DNA of 41,804 bases from a virus (IMGVR_UViG_3300049180_000025:1-41804); one strand, 5' to 3'. Shown: positions 25,900-35,602, counted from the stretch's first letter. Notes: generated by a model from the letters alone, not told the origin. A program made the numbers and translations.

Positions 25900-26646
25900 A
25901 TGGCAACGCAACTCGCGCCCGCGCCGATCGGGCATAATCAGCCGCCCGAGCCTTCACCGTACGAAGCGCTCAAGATCCATATCGACGATCTGTTCGAGAC
26001 CGCGCAAGGCTTCCTAGACGGCGAGCCTATTGCCAATGAAGAGCAGGCCAATGCGGTTTCCAAAATCCTTGATGATGCACGGAAAGCTCGCGCCGCGGCC
26101 GAGGCGCAACGCAAGATCGACGCCAAGCCGTGGGATGACGGTAAGGCCGCTGTTCAAGCTCTCTGGACTCCGCTCACAGACGAGAAAAAGGGTCGGTGTG
26201 CCATTATCGCCGAAACTTGCAAGAAGGCTCTCGCCCCCTGGCTGAAGAAGGTGGATGACGAACAGCGGGCCATAGCTGAAGCCGCCCGGAAAGAGGCGGA
26301 TCGGATCGCGGAAGAGGCCCGTGCTGCACGCATGGCCGCCGAGCAAACCGACCTTGCCGCACGCGAGTCCGCCGAGGCTATCACGAAGCAGGCCGAGGAA
26401 GCCGCTAAGCTGGCGCACAGGGCCGAGAATACGCGCGCACAGGCCAAGGGCGGCGCTCGCGCTGTCTCGCTCCGCTCCGTCTGGCACGCTACGGTCAACG
26501 ACTACGGCAAGCTGCTCGCCCATTACAAGATGAGCCATCCCGAGCGGATCAAGGCTTGGCTGGATGCCGAGGCGGAGCGCGACGTTCACGCGGGCGTTCG
26601 TTCGCTCGCTGGCGTCACCATCACGGAAGAGAGGGTGGCACAATGA
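25900..26646 (+). CDS. Coiled-coil phage protein associated with the recombination module
   Basis: IGHNQPP motif, Ala-rich coiled coil, GV.I.EE C-terminus; precedes SSAP. Confidence 0.7.
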   Translation: MATQLAPAPIGHNQPPEPSPYEALKIHIDDLFETAQGFLDGEPIANEEQANAVSKILDDARKARAAAEAQRKIDAKPWDDGKAAVQALWTPLTDEKKGRCAIIAETCKKALAPWLKKVDDEQRAIAEAARKEADRIAEEARAARMAAEQTDLAARESAEAITKQAEEAAKLAHRAENTRAQAKGGARAVSLRSVWHATVNDYGKLLAHYKMSHPERIKAWLDAEAERDVHAGVRSLAGVTITEERVAQ

Positions 26647-27263
26647 ACTTCTCCAGCGAACAGGTGAAAGCCCTGTCAGCGCCGCTTGATCGCAGCCATG
26701 TTGCCCAACGTTCGCAGGGTGGTGGGCAGGTCAGCTATATCGAGGCTTGGCACGCCATCGCCGAAGCTAATCGCATCTTCGGTTTTGATGGCTGGAATCG
26801 GGAAACGATCGACCTCCGCCAGATTGGCGAGCCGCGCGAAGTCAACGGCAAGATCCGCGTGGATTATTCTGCGCGCGTTCGCATCACCGTTGGCGGCGTT
26901 ACGCGCGACGGCTGCGGCTTCGGGCAGGGCATCGATAAGGACGTAGGGCAGGCGCACGAAAGCGCCCTGAAAGAAGCCGAGACGGACGCGATGAAACGCG
27001 CCTTGATGACCTTCGGCAATCCCTTCGGCTTGGCTCTGTACGACAAGACGCAGGCCAATGTTGCCGACACTCCGCCAGTCATCGCCACCATCACGGACGA
27101 TCAGCGGGACATCATCGCCGCGCTCGCTCAGGCATCGGGAATGACGCTCCAGCGCATCTGCGAGGGCTACGAGATCGCATCGCTGAAAGAGCTTCCGGCC
27201 ACCAAATTCGCCGCGCTCAAAAGGCGGCTTGAACAAGTCATTCAGGACAAGGAAGCAGCATAG
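26643..27263 (+). CDS. Rad52/Rad22-family single-strand annealing protein (Sak-like)
   Basis: SYIEAWHAIAEANRIFGFDGW; KEAETDAMKRALMTFGNPFGLALYDK. Confidence 0.92.
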   Translation: MNFSSEQVKALSAPLDRSHVAQRSQGGGQVSYIEAWHAIAEANRIFGFDGWNRETIDLRQIGEPREVNGKIRVDYSARVRITVGGVTRDGCGFGQGIDKDVGQAHESALKEAETDAMKRALMTFGNPFGLALYDKTQANVADTPPVIATITDDQRDIIAALAQASGMTLQRICEGYEIASLKELPATKFAALKRRLEQVIQDKEAA

Positions 27264-27631
27264 TGCAAAGCATTTTCATATCGGGAAACCTGGGTAAAGA
27301 CGCAGAATTGCGGCAGACGCAGGGCGGGGATGACGTTTGCTCATTCTCCGTTGGCGTGAAGCAGGGGTACGGGGACAAAGCCTCCACGAACTGGTTCCGC
27401 TGCAATGTCTGGGGCAAGCGCGGTCGCACCCTCCATCAGTACCTCCGCAAGGGTGTGAAGGTCGTCGTTTCTGGCGAGCTTTCGATTGGCGAATATCAGG
27501 GCAAGCCTCAATTCGACGTGCGGGCGAACGAGGTGGAGTTCATGTCCCGCGCCGAAGGTGGGCAGCAGCCTGCGTCCAGTAACGGCGGCTCCGCATACGG
27601 CTCCGATCTAGATGATGACGTGCCGTTCTGA
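27263..27631 (+). CDS. ssb: Single-stranded DNA-binding protein
   Basis: GNLGKDAELR, LRKGVKVVVSG, DDDVPF tail. Confidence 0.95.
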   Translation: MQSIFISGNLGKDAELRQTQGGDDVCSFSVGVKQGYGDKASTNWFRCNVWGKRGRTLHQYLRKGVKVVVSGELSIGEYQGKPQFDVRANEVEFMSRAEGGQQPASSNGGSAYGSDLDDDVPF

Positions 27632-28014
27632 TGGCGCTCCCGTCCCGCATAAGCACGAAGCCCCGCCGGCAGAACTCACATCGTGCCGATGAGTGGAAGC
27701 GTGTGCCCAGCTTCCTGCAATGGCTGCGCGGGCGGGAATGCTTCATCAGCCTGCAAGACAAGAGCCATGAATGCTCGGGCAAGGTCCGCGCCTGCCACTT
27801 CGATCCTTGGGGCGACAAGGGTATGGCGACCAAGGTGAGCGATCAGGCGTCAATGCCGATGTGTGACGGTGCCCATGCTGAGCAAACCGACATTCTCGGA
27901 TGGCCGAAGTTCCAGCGGAAATACGCGTTCGACGGTCGTGATGTTGTCACGGCCTATTGGCTCGAATGGCTCAAGACCCCGATGGGCAAGAAATGGGAGG
28001 CCAAGCATGGCTAA
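27631..28014 (+). CDS. DUF968-like/HNH-like putative nuclease
   Basis: FLQWLRGREC...ACH...K.SD...PMC..AHAEQ. Confidence 0.6.
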   Translation: MALPSRISTKPRRQNSHRADEWKRVPSFLQWLRGRECFISLQDKSHECSGKVRACHFDPWGDKGMATKVSDQASMPMCDGAHAEQTDILGWPKFQRKYAFDGRDVVTAYWLEWLKTPMGKKWEAKHG

Positions 28015-28411
28015 GGGCTCCACTGTCCGCCTTGTCGGAAAATCGCAGCGCGAGTTTGCCAAGCGCCAGATCGACGCCGCCCCTGATGGCTACGTCGTGA
28101 AGGTTGGCGCGGAGACCCGACGCGATGCGCAGAACCGCAAGCTTTGGCCGATGCTCAAGGACGTGCAGGACCAAGTGCCTGGCTACGGTTCATTCTCCAC
28201 GGAAGATATCAAGCTCCGCTTCCTGAACGCGCTCGGTGTCGAAATGCGATTTCTTCCCGAGTTAGAGGGGCAGGGCATGTTCCCGGTGGGGCTCCGGTCC
28301 TCGACTCTCACGGTCCAGCAATTCGCAGGGCTCATCGAGCTTATTTACGCATTTGGCGCTCGCCACAAAGTCCGGTGGAGCGACCCCAAAGATGAGAGGG
28401 AGGCGGCATGA
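28007..28411 (+). CDS. ninB: NinB-family recombination protein
   Basis: RRDAQNRKLWPML; GLRSS.LT..QFAGLIELIYAFGA..KV.WS. Confidence 0.85.
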   Translation: MAKGSTVRLVGKSQREFAKRQIDAAPDGYVVKVGAETRRDAQNRKLWPMLKDVQDQVPGYGSFSTEDIKLRFLNALGVEMRFLPELEGQGMFPVGLRSSTLTVQQFAGLIELIYAFGARHKVRWSDPKDEREAA

Positions 28412-29172
28412 CACAGCCGGGGGGCAATCGGGTCTCACATCCCGACATTATCGGAACCATTGAGAAGCCGCCCAGGCATCATTGGACGGCGAGCGAAATA
28501 GAGGCGCTTTCTGATGCCTTTCGCGCCGGGTTGTCTGACGACGAAATAGCAGCGAAGATCGGCCGCACGCGGAAGTCAGTTCACAGCAAGCGGATCAACC
28601 TGAAACTGACCCGCTGCCGGGCCTACGTGCTCCGGCCTATGCCCGATGACTTCGCGACGCTGGATGACGGCACGCGCACCAACGAGCATCTCGGCAAGAT
28701 CTATACGGCATCCATGGAAACCATCGCGCGATGGCGGCGAGAGGCAGGTACAGCCGGATACCGCCACAAAGCGCACAACAAGCTGCCGGTTCCCGATGAC
28801 TTCGCGGATATGGCGTCCCGGCTATATTTCGGCGCGCTGGTCGAGTTTTATCGCGTGAGCGGCGCTGTCGTTCGCAGGTGGATTCTGGAGTGCGATGTCC
28901 GGCCCAGGGCTTATATCGCACCGCCCAAGCGGTGGGACCCGGCCAACTCCATGTCGAGCAGCTATGTCGCCGTCGATGTAAGTCTTGCCGGGCGCGCTGC
29001 CGAGCATCTCCGTCGCTGCGGCTTCATCCCTGTCTACAATCATCACAAGGTCAATCCCAAGGCCCCCGAGAACGAGTGGTGCGTCGGCACGCGCAAGTTG
29101 ACCTCGGGTGACATGATCGACCTGGCGGAAGCCAAGGGCTTTGACGCGAATGCGTGGAGCGCGGTGGCGTGA
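28408..29172 (+). CDS. Multi-HTH protein with GcrA/Myb-like N-terminus
   Basis: WTASEIEAL...GLSDDEIAAKIGRTRKSV; two PDDFA...RW repeats. Confidence 0.6.
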   Translation: MTQPGGNRVSHPDIIGTIEKPPRHHWTASEIEALSDAFRAGLSDDEIAAKIGRTRKSVHSKRINLKLTRCRAYVLRPMPDDFATLDDGTRTNEHLGKIYTASMETIARWRREAGTAGYRHKAHNKLPVPDDFADMASRLYFGALVEFYRVSGAVVRRWILECDVRPRAYIAPPKRWDPANSMSSSYVAVDVSLAGRAAEHLRRCGFIPVYNHHKVNPKAPENEWCVGTRKLTSGDMIDLAEAKGFDANAWSAVA

Positions 29173-29504
29173 TCGAGCTTCCCTGGCCTCCCGCGACGCT
29201 TTCAGGACACGCCAAAGGACATTGGCGGAGCAAGGCGGCTGTCACCGCCAAGCATCGCGCATGGGCGAAGCACGCAACCCAGGCCGCGAACCTAAGCGTT
29301 GCCGCGATCGGTGGAGATGTTCGCATCGTTGTGACGTTCTACCCGCCGAACCGCCGTGGCGATCGGGTCAACTTTCCCAATCGGATGAAGCCCTATTTCG
29401 ATGGGATCGCCGACGCCCTGAACATCAACGATAGCCGCTTTCTGCCCAGCTATCATTTTGCGGAGCCGGTCAAGGATGGCCGCGTCGTGGTGACACTCGC
29501 ATGA
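29169..29504 (+). CDS. RusA-like Holliday junction resolvase
   Basis: IELPWPP; D..N...K...DGIADAL..NDSRF. Confidence 0.75.
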   Translation: MIELPWPPATLSGHAKGHWRSKAAVTAKHRAWAKHATQAANLSVAAIGGDVRIVVTFYPPNRRGDRVNFPNRMKPYFDGIADALNINDSRFLPSYHFAEPVKDGRVVVTLA

Positions 29505-29680
29505 GCGAACCCTACACCATAGGCCAGATAAGCCGCGCCCTACAGCAGATGCAAACGCCCGTGCTGCGCAGGTTGGACCCGCACACATTCCAACGTTGGC
29601 CCGTGCGCAAGATCGTGCCCGCCAAGGTAATCCGCGAGCTGATCGACCATGAAATCGCGGGCAGGGGGGAGATGGCATGA
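29501..29680 (+). CDS. Hypothetical 59-aa protein
   Basis: ATGA-coupled on both sides; manually translated. Confidence 0.55.
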   Translation: MSEPYTIGQISRALQQMQTPVLRRLDPHTFQRWPVRKIVPAKVIRELIDHEIAGRGEMA

Positions 29681-30345
29681 GCATCAAACTCATGTCCCTC
29701 GTATGGGATCTGGACCTTCCTCCAGGTGATAAACTGGTGCTTCTCGCTCTTGCCGATCAGGCCAACGATGAGGGCCTCCAGTGCTGGCCGGCTGTCGCAA
29801 CGATAGCGAAGCGCTCAGGGCAGGGCGAGCGCACTGTGAGGCGCTGCATCGCAGACCTAGAAGCCAAGGGCCACCTGACCCGTCATCACCGCGACGGAAA
29901 CAGCACGCAATACCACATCCACCCTTGCCAAAATGGCAGCCCTGCCAAATCGGCACCCCTGCCAAAAACGACACCTACCCCTGCCAAATTGGCACCCAAA
30001 CCATCAAGAACCATTAAACCCCTTGTATCATCTAACGATGATACCCCCCCCGTTGTCGAAAAGCCTGCTCTGAAGCCTGAACATGTCGTTGAGGCATGGA
30101 ATGACCTTGCCGAGCGTCGCGGCTTGCCCAAGGTCAAGGCACTGACCGGCGTTCGTGCCAAGAAACTCCGCTCGCTGATCCGCGCCCATCCAATCGAGGA
30201 TTTCACCGAAGCCATCAGCGCAATCGAGCGCAGCCCGTTCCTGCTTGGCCAGAAGGATGGCGGGTGGCGGGCGAATTTCGATTTCCTTCTGCAACCCAGT
30301 TCATTCGTCAAGTTGATCGAGGGAAATTATGACAGATCCCACTAA
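29677..30345 (+). CDS. Replication initiator (O-like, N-terminal winged HTH)
   Basis: KLVLLALADQAND.G.CWP...TIA; W.ANFDFLL...F.KLIEGNYD C-terminus; internal iterons. Confidence 0.85.
   Translation: MSIKLMSLVWDLDLPPGDKLVLLALADQANDEGLQCWPAVATIAKRSGQGERTVRRCIADLEAKGHLTRHHRDGNSTQYHIHPCQNGSPAKSAPLPKTTPTPAKLAPKPSRTIKPLVSSNDDTPPVVEKPALKPEHVVEAWNDLAERRGLPKVKALTGVRAKKLRSLIRAHPIEDFTEAISAIERSPFLLGQKDGGWRANFDFLLQPSSFVKLIEGNYDRSH
29923..29995. repeat. Four iterons (cc(c/t)tgccaaaNNggcac-like), putative origin of replication
   Basis: Copies at 29923, 29940, 29957, 29979, partly palindromic (tgccaaattggca), followed by an A-rich tract. Confidence 0.8.
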
Positions 30346-30505
30346 CCCACTGATGGCTGCAACCCGGACTCGCGTCGGCAAATGGGCGAGCCTTGAAGAA
30401 TATTGCGACTGGGTGAACTCGTTTCATTGGGTTCGGGATTGCGGCAAGCCCTATTTCATTCGCACTCTGGACGACGGCACCAAGGCATTGGATCGCAAGG
30501 CATAA
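30329..30505 (+). CDS. Hypothetical 58-aa protein
   Basis: GAGGG SD; overlaps initiator end; manually translated. Confidence 0.5.
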   Translation: MTDPTNPLMAATRTRVGKWASLEEYCDWVNSFHWVRDCGKPYFIRTLDDGTKALDRKA

Positions 30506-30526
30506 CCAACCGGGGAGGGCGAATAG

Positions 30527-31078
30527 ATGGCGAGGGTTAAGTCGAGGAAGATCCGAAAGATCGAGGGGCCGACCCGTGAGCAGGAGGCGGCCGCTCCGTT
30601 CGACATGGTGGAGGTTACGCACGTCGGCGATGGTGCGTCGGTGACGATCGGAAAGGCGTACCGACGCAAGCCCATGATCGCCGTGCTGAGCAGCATGTTC
30701 AGCGATGCCGAGTTCCGGGCGCTGAAGCACTATCGCCACCACGCGGACATCGCGGATCGATCACCGCTCCGCGACAGCCTCGACAAGCAGGTTCGCGGGA
30801 ACGGCACGGGGCCAACGGTGGAGATGTTGAACGCCATTCGGGTGAGGGACGATTGCGAGCGTGCAGCGGGCAGCCTCAGGGACATTTTGCGCGCCGTGGT
30901 GGTCTATGACATCTCGCTCAGCCAATGGGCTGTGGCGCAAGCTGGCGGGGTGGAGAACTGCCGAGAGAAGGGCGGGCGCACCGTTTGCCGGATTGAGCCG
31001 AAGCGAAAAGCGCTCGATATTGCCCAGCTCGAAATAAAGATGGCGGCCAAGCGCGTTCAGGCGGAATTGGACGCTTGA
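30527..31078 (+). CDS. Putative late-gene regulator (Q position)
   Basis: GGAGGG SD; last early gene, followed by promoter-like and terminator elements; function by synteny only. Confidence 0.5.
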   Translation: MARVKSRKIRKIEGPTREQEAAAPFDMVEVTHVGDGASVTIGKAYRRKPMIAVLSSMFSDAEFRALKHYRHHADIADRSPLRDSLDKQVRGNGTGPTVEMLNAIRVRDDCERAAGSLRDILRAVVVYDISLSQWAVAQAGGVENCREKGGRTVCRIEPKRKALDIAQLEIKMAAKRVQAELDA

Positions 31079-31159
31079 CATGATTACGGCACCGTGCGAA
31101 CAAAACGCTAATAGTTCGAGTTGCGCCCGGAGCAGAGATGCTTGCGGGCGTTTCTGTTT
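31075..31159 (+). promoter_or_regulatory. PR'/tR'-like element
   Basis: TTGACA at 31075 (weak -10); hairpin cgcccg-gagca-gaga-tgct..cgggcg plus tttctgttt at 31124-31159. Confidence 0.5.
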
Positions 31160-31242
31160 CCGCTGCATTCTTGGTTGCCCCCTTTCCACAGGATGCAGCG
31201 GAAGCCCGGAGGTGATGATGACCCAGGACAACGGCTCCTGAC

Positions 31243-31437
31243 ATGCCCTCCATCCCACACGTCGAAAGTCTCGATGTGCTGGGCAACAAAGAGTTCGGAC
31301 GAGCTTACCGCCGTGGCGTTCCTGAGCCGGTCCTGAAAGAGCTAACCTGCTTCCTGATCGCAGACACCGCAATCCGCGCCGCCGATCCTGACGGGCTCGT
31401 CTGCCCGATGTTGAGTGAGTGGATGCGGAAACGATGA
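31243..31437 (+). CDS. Hypothetical protein
   Basis: ORF coupled to HNH start. Confidence 0.45.
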   Translation: MPSIPHVESLDVLGNKEFGRAYRRGVPEPVLKELTCFLIADTAIRAADPDGLVCPMLSEWMRKR

Positions 31438-31703
31438 CCGAACGCCTTCGCGGACGACGTGGTGTTGAGCAGCGCAAGCGTAGGCTCGCTCGCACTCATG
31501 GGCTTTGTGAATGGTGCACGGCCAAGGGAGTGACAGCGCTCGCCACAGAGGTCGATCACATCGTGCCCTTGTCGCAAGGCGGCGCAGACACGGACGATAA
31601 TACGCGCAACCTCTGCCAGCGCCATCATCGTGACGCCACGGCGATCCAGTTCGGACAGAGGGTGCGGGTAGCCATCGGGCCGGACGGGTGGCCCATCGCA
31701 TAA
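31434..31703 (+). CDS. HNH endonuclease (HK97 gp74-like terminase cofactor)
   Basis: LCEWC...VDHIVPLSQGG...NTRNLCQRHH; upstream of terS. Confidence 0.9.
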   Translation: MTERLRGRRGVEQRKRRLARTHGLCEWCTAKGVTALATEVDHIVPLSQGGADTDDNTRNLCQRHHRDATAIQFGQRVRVAIGPDGWPIA

Positions 31704-31790
31704 GGGGGGGGCGGGTAAGAAGAGTACAGCTTTTCAACCGGACACCGGCGCCCAAGAGTTCTTTTCATAAATGCCCTCTAAAAAGGTTTT
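31704..31790. other. Probable cos region
   Basis: G-run then intergenic gap between HNH and terS, the usual cos position in HK97-like phages; cut site not determined. Confidence 0.45.
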
Positions 31791-31794
31791 GAGC

Positions 31795-32205
31795 ATGGGA
31801 ACGCGCGGCCGGACATCGGCGGCGAGCCTGTCGGTCATCTCGTCCCCTCGGGTTGAGACGGTGCGGAGGGCTGAGCCGCCCACTGAATTGACAGACGAAC
31901 AGGCGTCAGAGTGGATCGCGATTGTTACCCGGCTGCCGGCGGATTGGTTCCCGCGCGAAACCTATGGGATGTTGGCACAGTATTGCAGGCACGTTGTTTC
32001 CGCTCGGCGCGTGGCTCAGCTCATTGCCGAGTGTGAGGCTTCGGACAGCTTCGACGTTGAGGATTATGACCGGCTTCTGAAGATGCAGGAGCGGGAGGGG
32101 AGGGCTCTATCGTCACTCGCCACCCGCATGCGGCTTTCGCAGCAAACCACCTATGACAAGTCCAAGAAAAAGCCCGGCCCGTCGCGCAAGCCCTGGGAAA
32201 GCTGA
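31795..32205 (+). CDS. terS: Terminase small subunit
   Basis: PP.ELT...EW; LAQYC; LATRMRLS; precedes terL. Confidence 0.8.
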   Translation: MGTRGRTSAASLSVISSPRVETVRRAEPPTELTDEQASEWIAIVTRLPADWFPRETYGMLAQYCRHVVSARRVAQLIAECEASDSFDVEDYDRLLKMQEREGRALSSLATRMRLSQQTTYDKSKKKPGPSRKPWES

Positions 32206-33733
32206 GAGCCGCGCGGATCGAAATATTCGCTGGATTCAGGAGTGGTGTCGGGTTCCTGAAGGCCGGCTCGTCGGTAAGCCGGTTGTGTTGCGGGACTGGC
32301 AGAAGGATATTCTGCGGGAGATCTACGGCAGCCCGACGCGCCGGGCGATTGTTTCCTTCGGACGAAAGAATGGCAAGACGGCTTTAGCCTCGTTCCTACT
32401 CCTACTGCACCTGTGCGGCCCGGAGGCGCGGGCGAACTCGCAGCTCTACAGCGCGGCTCAGTCGCGGGAGCAAGCGGCGGTGCTGTTCGCGTTGGCGGCC
32501 AAGACGGTCCGCATGTCCCCCGATCTGAGCGGCAATGTGGTGGTGAGGGATACGGCCAAGCAGTTGTTCTGCCCGGAACTGGGTTCGCTGTATCGGGCGC
32601 TATCGGCCGAGGCGTCGACGGCTTACGGGCTCTCGCCGGTTTTTATTGTCCACGATGAACTGGGGCAGGTGAAGGGGCCTCGCTCGGAATTGTATGAGGC
32701 GCTGGAGACGGCGTGCGCGGCGCAGGAAGAGCCGCTGTCTGTCGTGATTTCGACGCAGGCACCGACCGATGCTGACTTGTTGTCGGTGCTGATCGATGAT
32801 GCCGCGACGGGTGCAGATCCTCGGGTAAAGCTGGCTCTTTTCACTGCTGATCCCGAAGCTGATCCGTTTGACGAAGAAACAATCAGGCAGGCGAACCCGG
32901 CGTTCGGAGATTTCCAGCAGGCCGAAGAGGTGCTGGCGACGGCGGAAGACGCTCGCCGGATGCCATCGCGTGAGTCTGAATACAGAAATTTGATCCTCAA
33001 TCAGCGTGTTGACCGCAACAATCCGTTCATTAGCCGCAGCGTTTGGCAGGCGAATGGCGGCGAGGTGGTGGAGGACTGGGGCAACGCTCCGGTCTATGCT
33101 GGGCTGGATCTGTCGGCGACGAGTGATTTGACGGCGTTCGTCCCGATCGCATGGGTGGATGGAGCATGGCACGTCAAGCCGACATTCTGGCTGCCCAAGA
33201 TCGGGCTTGTGGAGAAGTCACGGGCTGACCGGGTGCCATACGACGTATGGGCTAAGGACGGTCTAATCGAGACGCCCGATGCGAAGTCGATCGAGTATGA
33301 GTTCGTCGCCCATTGGCTGGTGCGGTTCATTCGGTCAAACAACGTGGTCAAGATCGCGTTCGATCGGTGGGGCATGAAGTTTCTTCGGCCCTGGCTGATC
33401 AAGGCTGGGTTGAGCGACGAAGAGTTTGAGGCGCTGTTTGAGGATTTCGGGCAGGGCTTCCAGTCCATGTCTCCGGCTCTTCGGGACTGTGAATCGGCGC
33501 TGCTGACTGAGAAGGTGCGGCACGGCAATCACCCGGTGCTGACGATGTGCGCGCAGAACGCGGTGGTCACGAATGATCCGGCGGGCGGGCGGAAGTTGAA
33601 CAAAGCGAAAGCGGCGGGGAGGATCGACGGTATGGTCAGCCTCGCTATGGCATTTGGGGTAGCCCCACTAGAGGGGGAGGCTGTGTTTACGTCCCCTTGG
33701 GACGACCCGAATTTCAGTCTGGTCGCCGCGTGA
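32153..33733 (+). CDS. terL: Terminase large subunit
   Basis: GRKNGKT, HDELG, GLDLS, FDRWG, RIDGMV. Confidence 0.97.
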   Translation: MTSPRKSPARRASPGKAESRADRNIRWIQEWCRVPEGRLVGKPVVLRDWQKDILREIYGSPTRRAIVSFGRKNGKTALASFLLLLHLCGPEARANSQLYSAAQSREQAAVLFALAAKTVRMSPDLSGNVVVRDTAKQLFCPELGSLYRALSAEASTAYGLSPVFIVHDELGQVKGPRSELYEALETACAAQEEPLSVVISTQAPTDADLLSVLIDDAATGADPRVKLALFTADPEADPFDEETIRQANPAFGDFQQAEEVLATAEDARRMPSRESEYRNLILNQRVDRNNPFISRSVWQANGGEVVEDWGNAPVYAGLDLSATSDLTAFVPIAWVDGAWHVKPTFWLPKIGLVEKSRADRVPYDVWAKDGLIETPDAKSIEYEFVAHWLVRFIRSNNVVKIAFDRWGMKFLRPWLIKAGLSDEEFEALFEDFGQGFQSMSPALRDCESALLTEKVRHGNHPVLTMCAQNAVVTNDPAGGRKLNKAKAAGRIDGMVSLAMAFGVAPLEGEAVFTSPWDDPNFSLVAA

Positions 33734-34998
33734 AGTTTCTCGACATAATCGGGTGGCCACGTGAGCCCGAGCATCGGATGATAACCGAGATTCCGGGCAT
33801 CGAGAGGCCGGGCGCGAATATTCTTCAGGTATATGGGCTAAGCGATATTTCGCTTCCGTCTGTAACGATCGATAGCGCGCTGACGGTTCCGGCGGTTCTG
33901 GCGGGCGTGTCTTTTCTGTCCCGCTCACTGGCGGCACTTCCGTTGCACGCGTTTCGCAAGACGAATGACGGACCGAGCAAGATCAGCGGCGGGCTGGAGA
34001 CGCTGGTCCATGAAGCGCCTAACCCTGAGTGGACCAGCTTCAAGCTGCGCCAGTATTTCTGGCAACAGGTGTTCACGGGAGGCAGAGGGCTGCTCTACAT
34101 CGAGCGGGGCGGCGGCAACATTACGGGCCTCTATCCGGTCAATCCGGCGAAGGCGAAGATATGCCGGGATGCAGTGGGGCGCACCACTTACGAAATCGAC
34201 GGGAAGCCTTATCCAGCGGCGGATATTATCGACGTTCCGTTCATGCTCCAGAGTTGTGGCGTTCGGCATTATTCGCCGATCGTCATGGGCACTGGCGCGA
34301 TACAGCTCGCCCTGGCGATGAACGATTATGGGAGCCGATTTTTCGCCGGTGGTGGCGTTCCGCCGCTGGCGCTTGAGGGGCCTTTGCCGCAGGGGGCGGA
34401 GGCAATGAAGCGGGCGATGACGGATATTGGCCGCGCCATCGACGGTGCGAAGGCGAGTGATAAGCCGATTTTCCCGATGCCTCCGGGGCACACGTTGACG
34501 CAGGTGGGCTTTGATCCCGAGAAGGGGCAAATGACGGACGCGCGTCGGTTCCAGATCGAGGAGATCGCGCGAATTTATGGACTGCCGCCCATATTCTTGC
34601 AGGATCTGACGCACGGGACATTCTCGAACAGCGAGCAGCAGGATCTCCACCTGGTCAAGCATACGATCAGCCAATGGGTCCAGGCTCTTGAAGAGGAAAT
34701 GAACCTCAAGCTTTTTGGCCAGCGTAATGGCGGCCGATATGTCGAGCACAATGTCGATGGCTTGCTACGCGGGGATTTCAAAACGCGCATGGAGGGTCTG
34801 GCGATCGGCGTGCAGAACTCGCTCATTTCGCCGGACGAGGGGCGTGCTCTTGAGAATCGCCCGGCCAAGGGCGGCAATGCCGACAAACTTCTTATTCAGG
34901 GGGCGACCGTGCCGCTGGATAGCCAGCCGATCACACCGGCTACACAGAACGGAGGGGCGGATGACCCTGGAACGCCGGGCGCTGACGACAGCGCCTGA
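33730..34998 (+). CDS. Portal protein, HK97 family
   Basis: PNPEWT, EEIARIYGLPP, TFSNSEQQ, GLLRGDFKTR. Confidence 0.95.
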   Translation: MKFLDIIGWPREPEHRMITEIPGIERPGANILQVYGLSDISLPSVTIDSALTVPAVLAGVSFLSRSLAALPLHAFRKTNDGPSKISGGLETLVHEAPNPEWTSFKLRQYFWQQVFTGGRGLLYIERGGGNITGLYPVNPAKAKICRDAVGRTTYEIDGKPYPAADIIDVPFMLQSCGVRHYSPIVMGTGAIQLALAMNDYGSRFFAGGGVPPLALEGPLPQGAEAMKRAMTDIGRAIDGAKASDKPIFPMPPGHTLTQVGFDPEKGQMTDARRFQIEEIARIYGLPPIFLQDLTHGTFSNSEQQDLHLVKHTISQWVQALEEEMNLKLFGQRNGGRYVEHNVDGLLRGDFKTRMEGLAIGVQNSLISPDEGRALENRPAKGGNADKLLIQGATVPLDSQPITPATQNGGADDPGTPGADDSA

Positions 34999-35554
34999 AC
35001 TGCGGAAGTCCGAGGCGGGCAAGACCGCTCGTGGCTATGCCGCATTGTTCAACGAGCGCGCCGATATCGGCGGGTATTTTTATGAGACGATCGCGCGTGG
35101 TGCGTTCACCGACACTCTGAAGAAGGCGGATGTCCGCGCGCTGGTGGACCATGACAGTGGTCGTGTGATCGGACGCTCTGCTTCTGGTACGCTGCGCCTT
35201 TCCGAAGATGATCGCGGCCTTGCTGTAGAGATTGACCTGCCTGACACTTCGGACGGCCGCGATCTGGCGGTGCAGCTTGAGCGCGGGGACATCTCCGGCA
35301 TGTCGTTCGGCTTTCGCGTAACGCATGATGAGTGGGACGAAACCAGCGATCCTCCATCGCGGACCATCCACGCGATCGATCTGTTCGAGGTGAGCGCCGT
35401 GGCTTTCCCCGCCTATGAGGGGACATCGATCGCAATGCGCTCACTGGAAGACGCGAAGAAGGAGCGTGACAAGGCTCGCGAAGAAGCCGCCAAGCGCGCC
35501 GACAACTATTTCAAACGCAAGGCGGAAACCGAGCAGAAGATCCGCCGCATCTAG
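34961..35554 (+). CDS. Prohead protease, HK97 family
   Basis: GYAALFN, LVDHD, GMSFGF, EVSAVAFPAY. Confidence 0.95.
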   Translation: MTLERRALTTAPELRKSEAGKTARGYAALFNERADIGGYFYETIARGAFTDTLKKADVRALVDHDSGRVIGRSASGTLRLSEDDRGLAVEIDLPDTSDGRDLAVQLERGDISGMSFGFRVTHDEWDETSDPPSRTIHAIDLFEVSAVAFPAYEGTSIAMRSLEDAKKERDKAREEAAKRADNYFKRKAETEQKIRRI

Positions 35555-35602
35555 TTTCCCGGCGACCACCGGAGGCCCGGCGCGGCTGATCGCGCCATTG
35601 CA

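Noticed and set aside
31098-31112. LexA box at the late promoter (GAAC-aaaacgc-TAAT), and a similar partial site near 15175-15189
   Set aside because: The second half-site is too divergent or wrongly spaced
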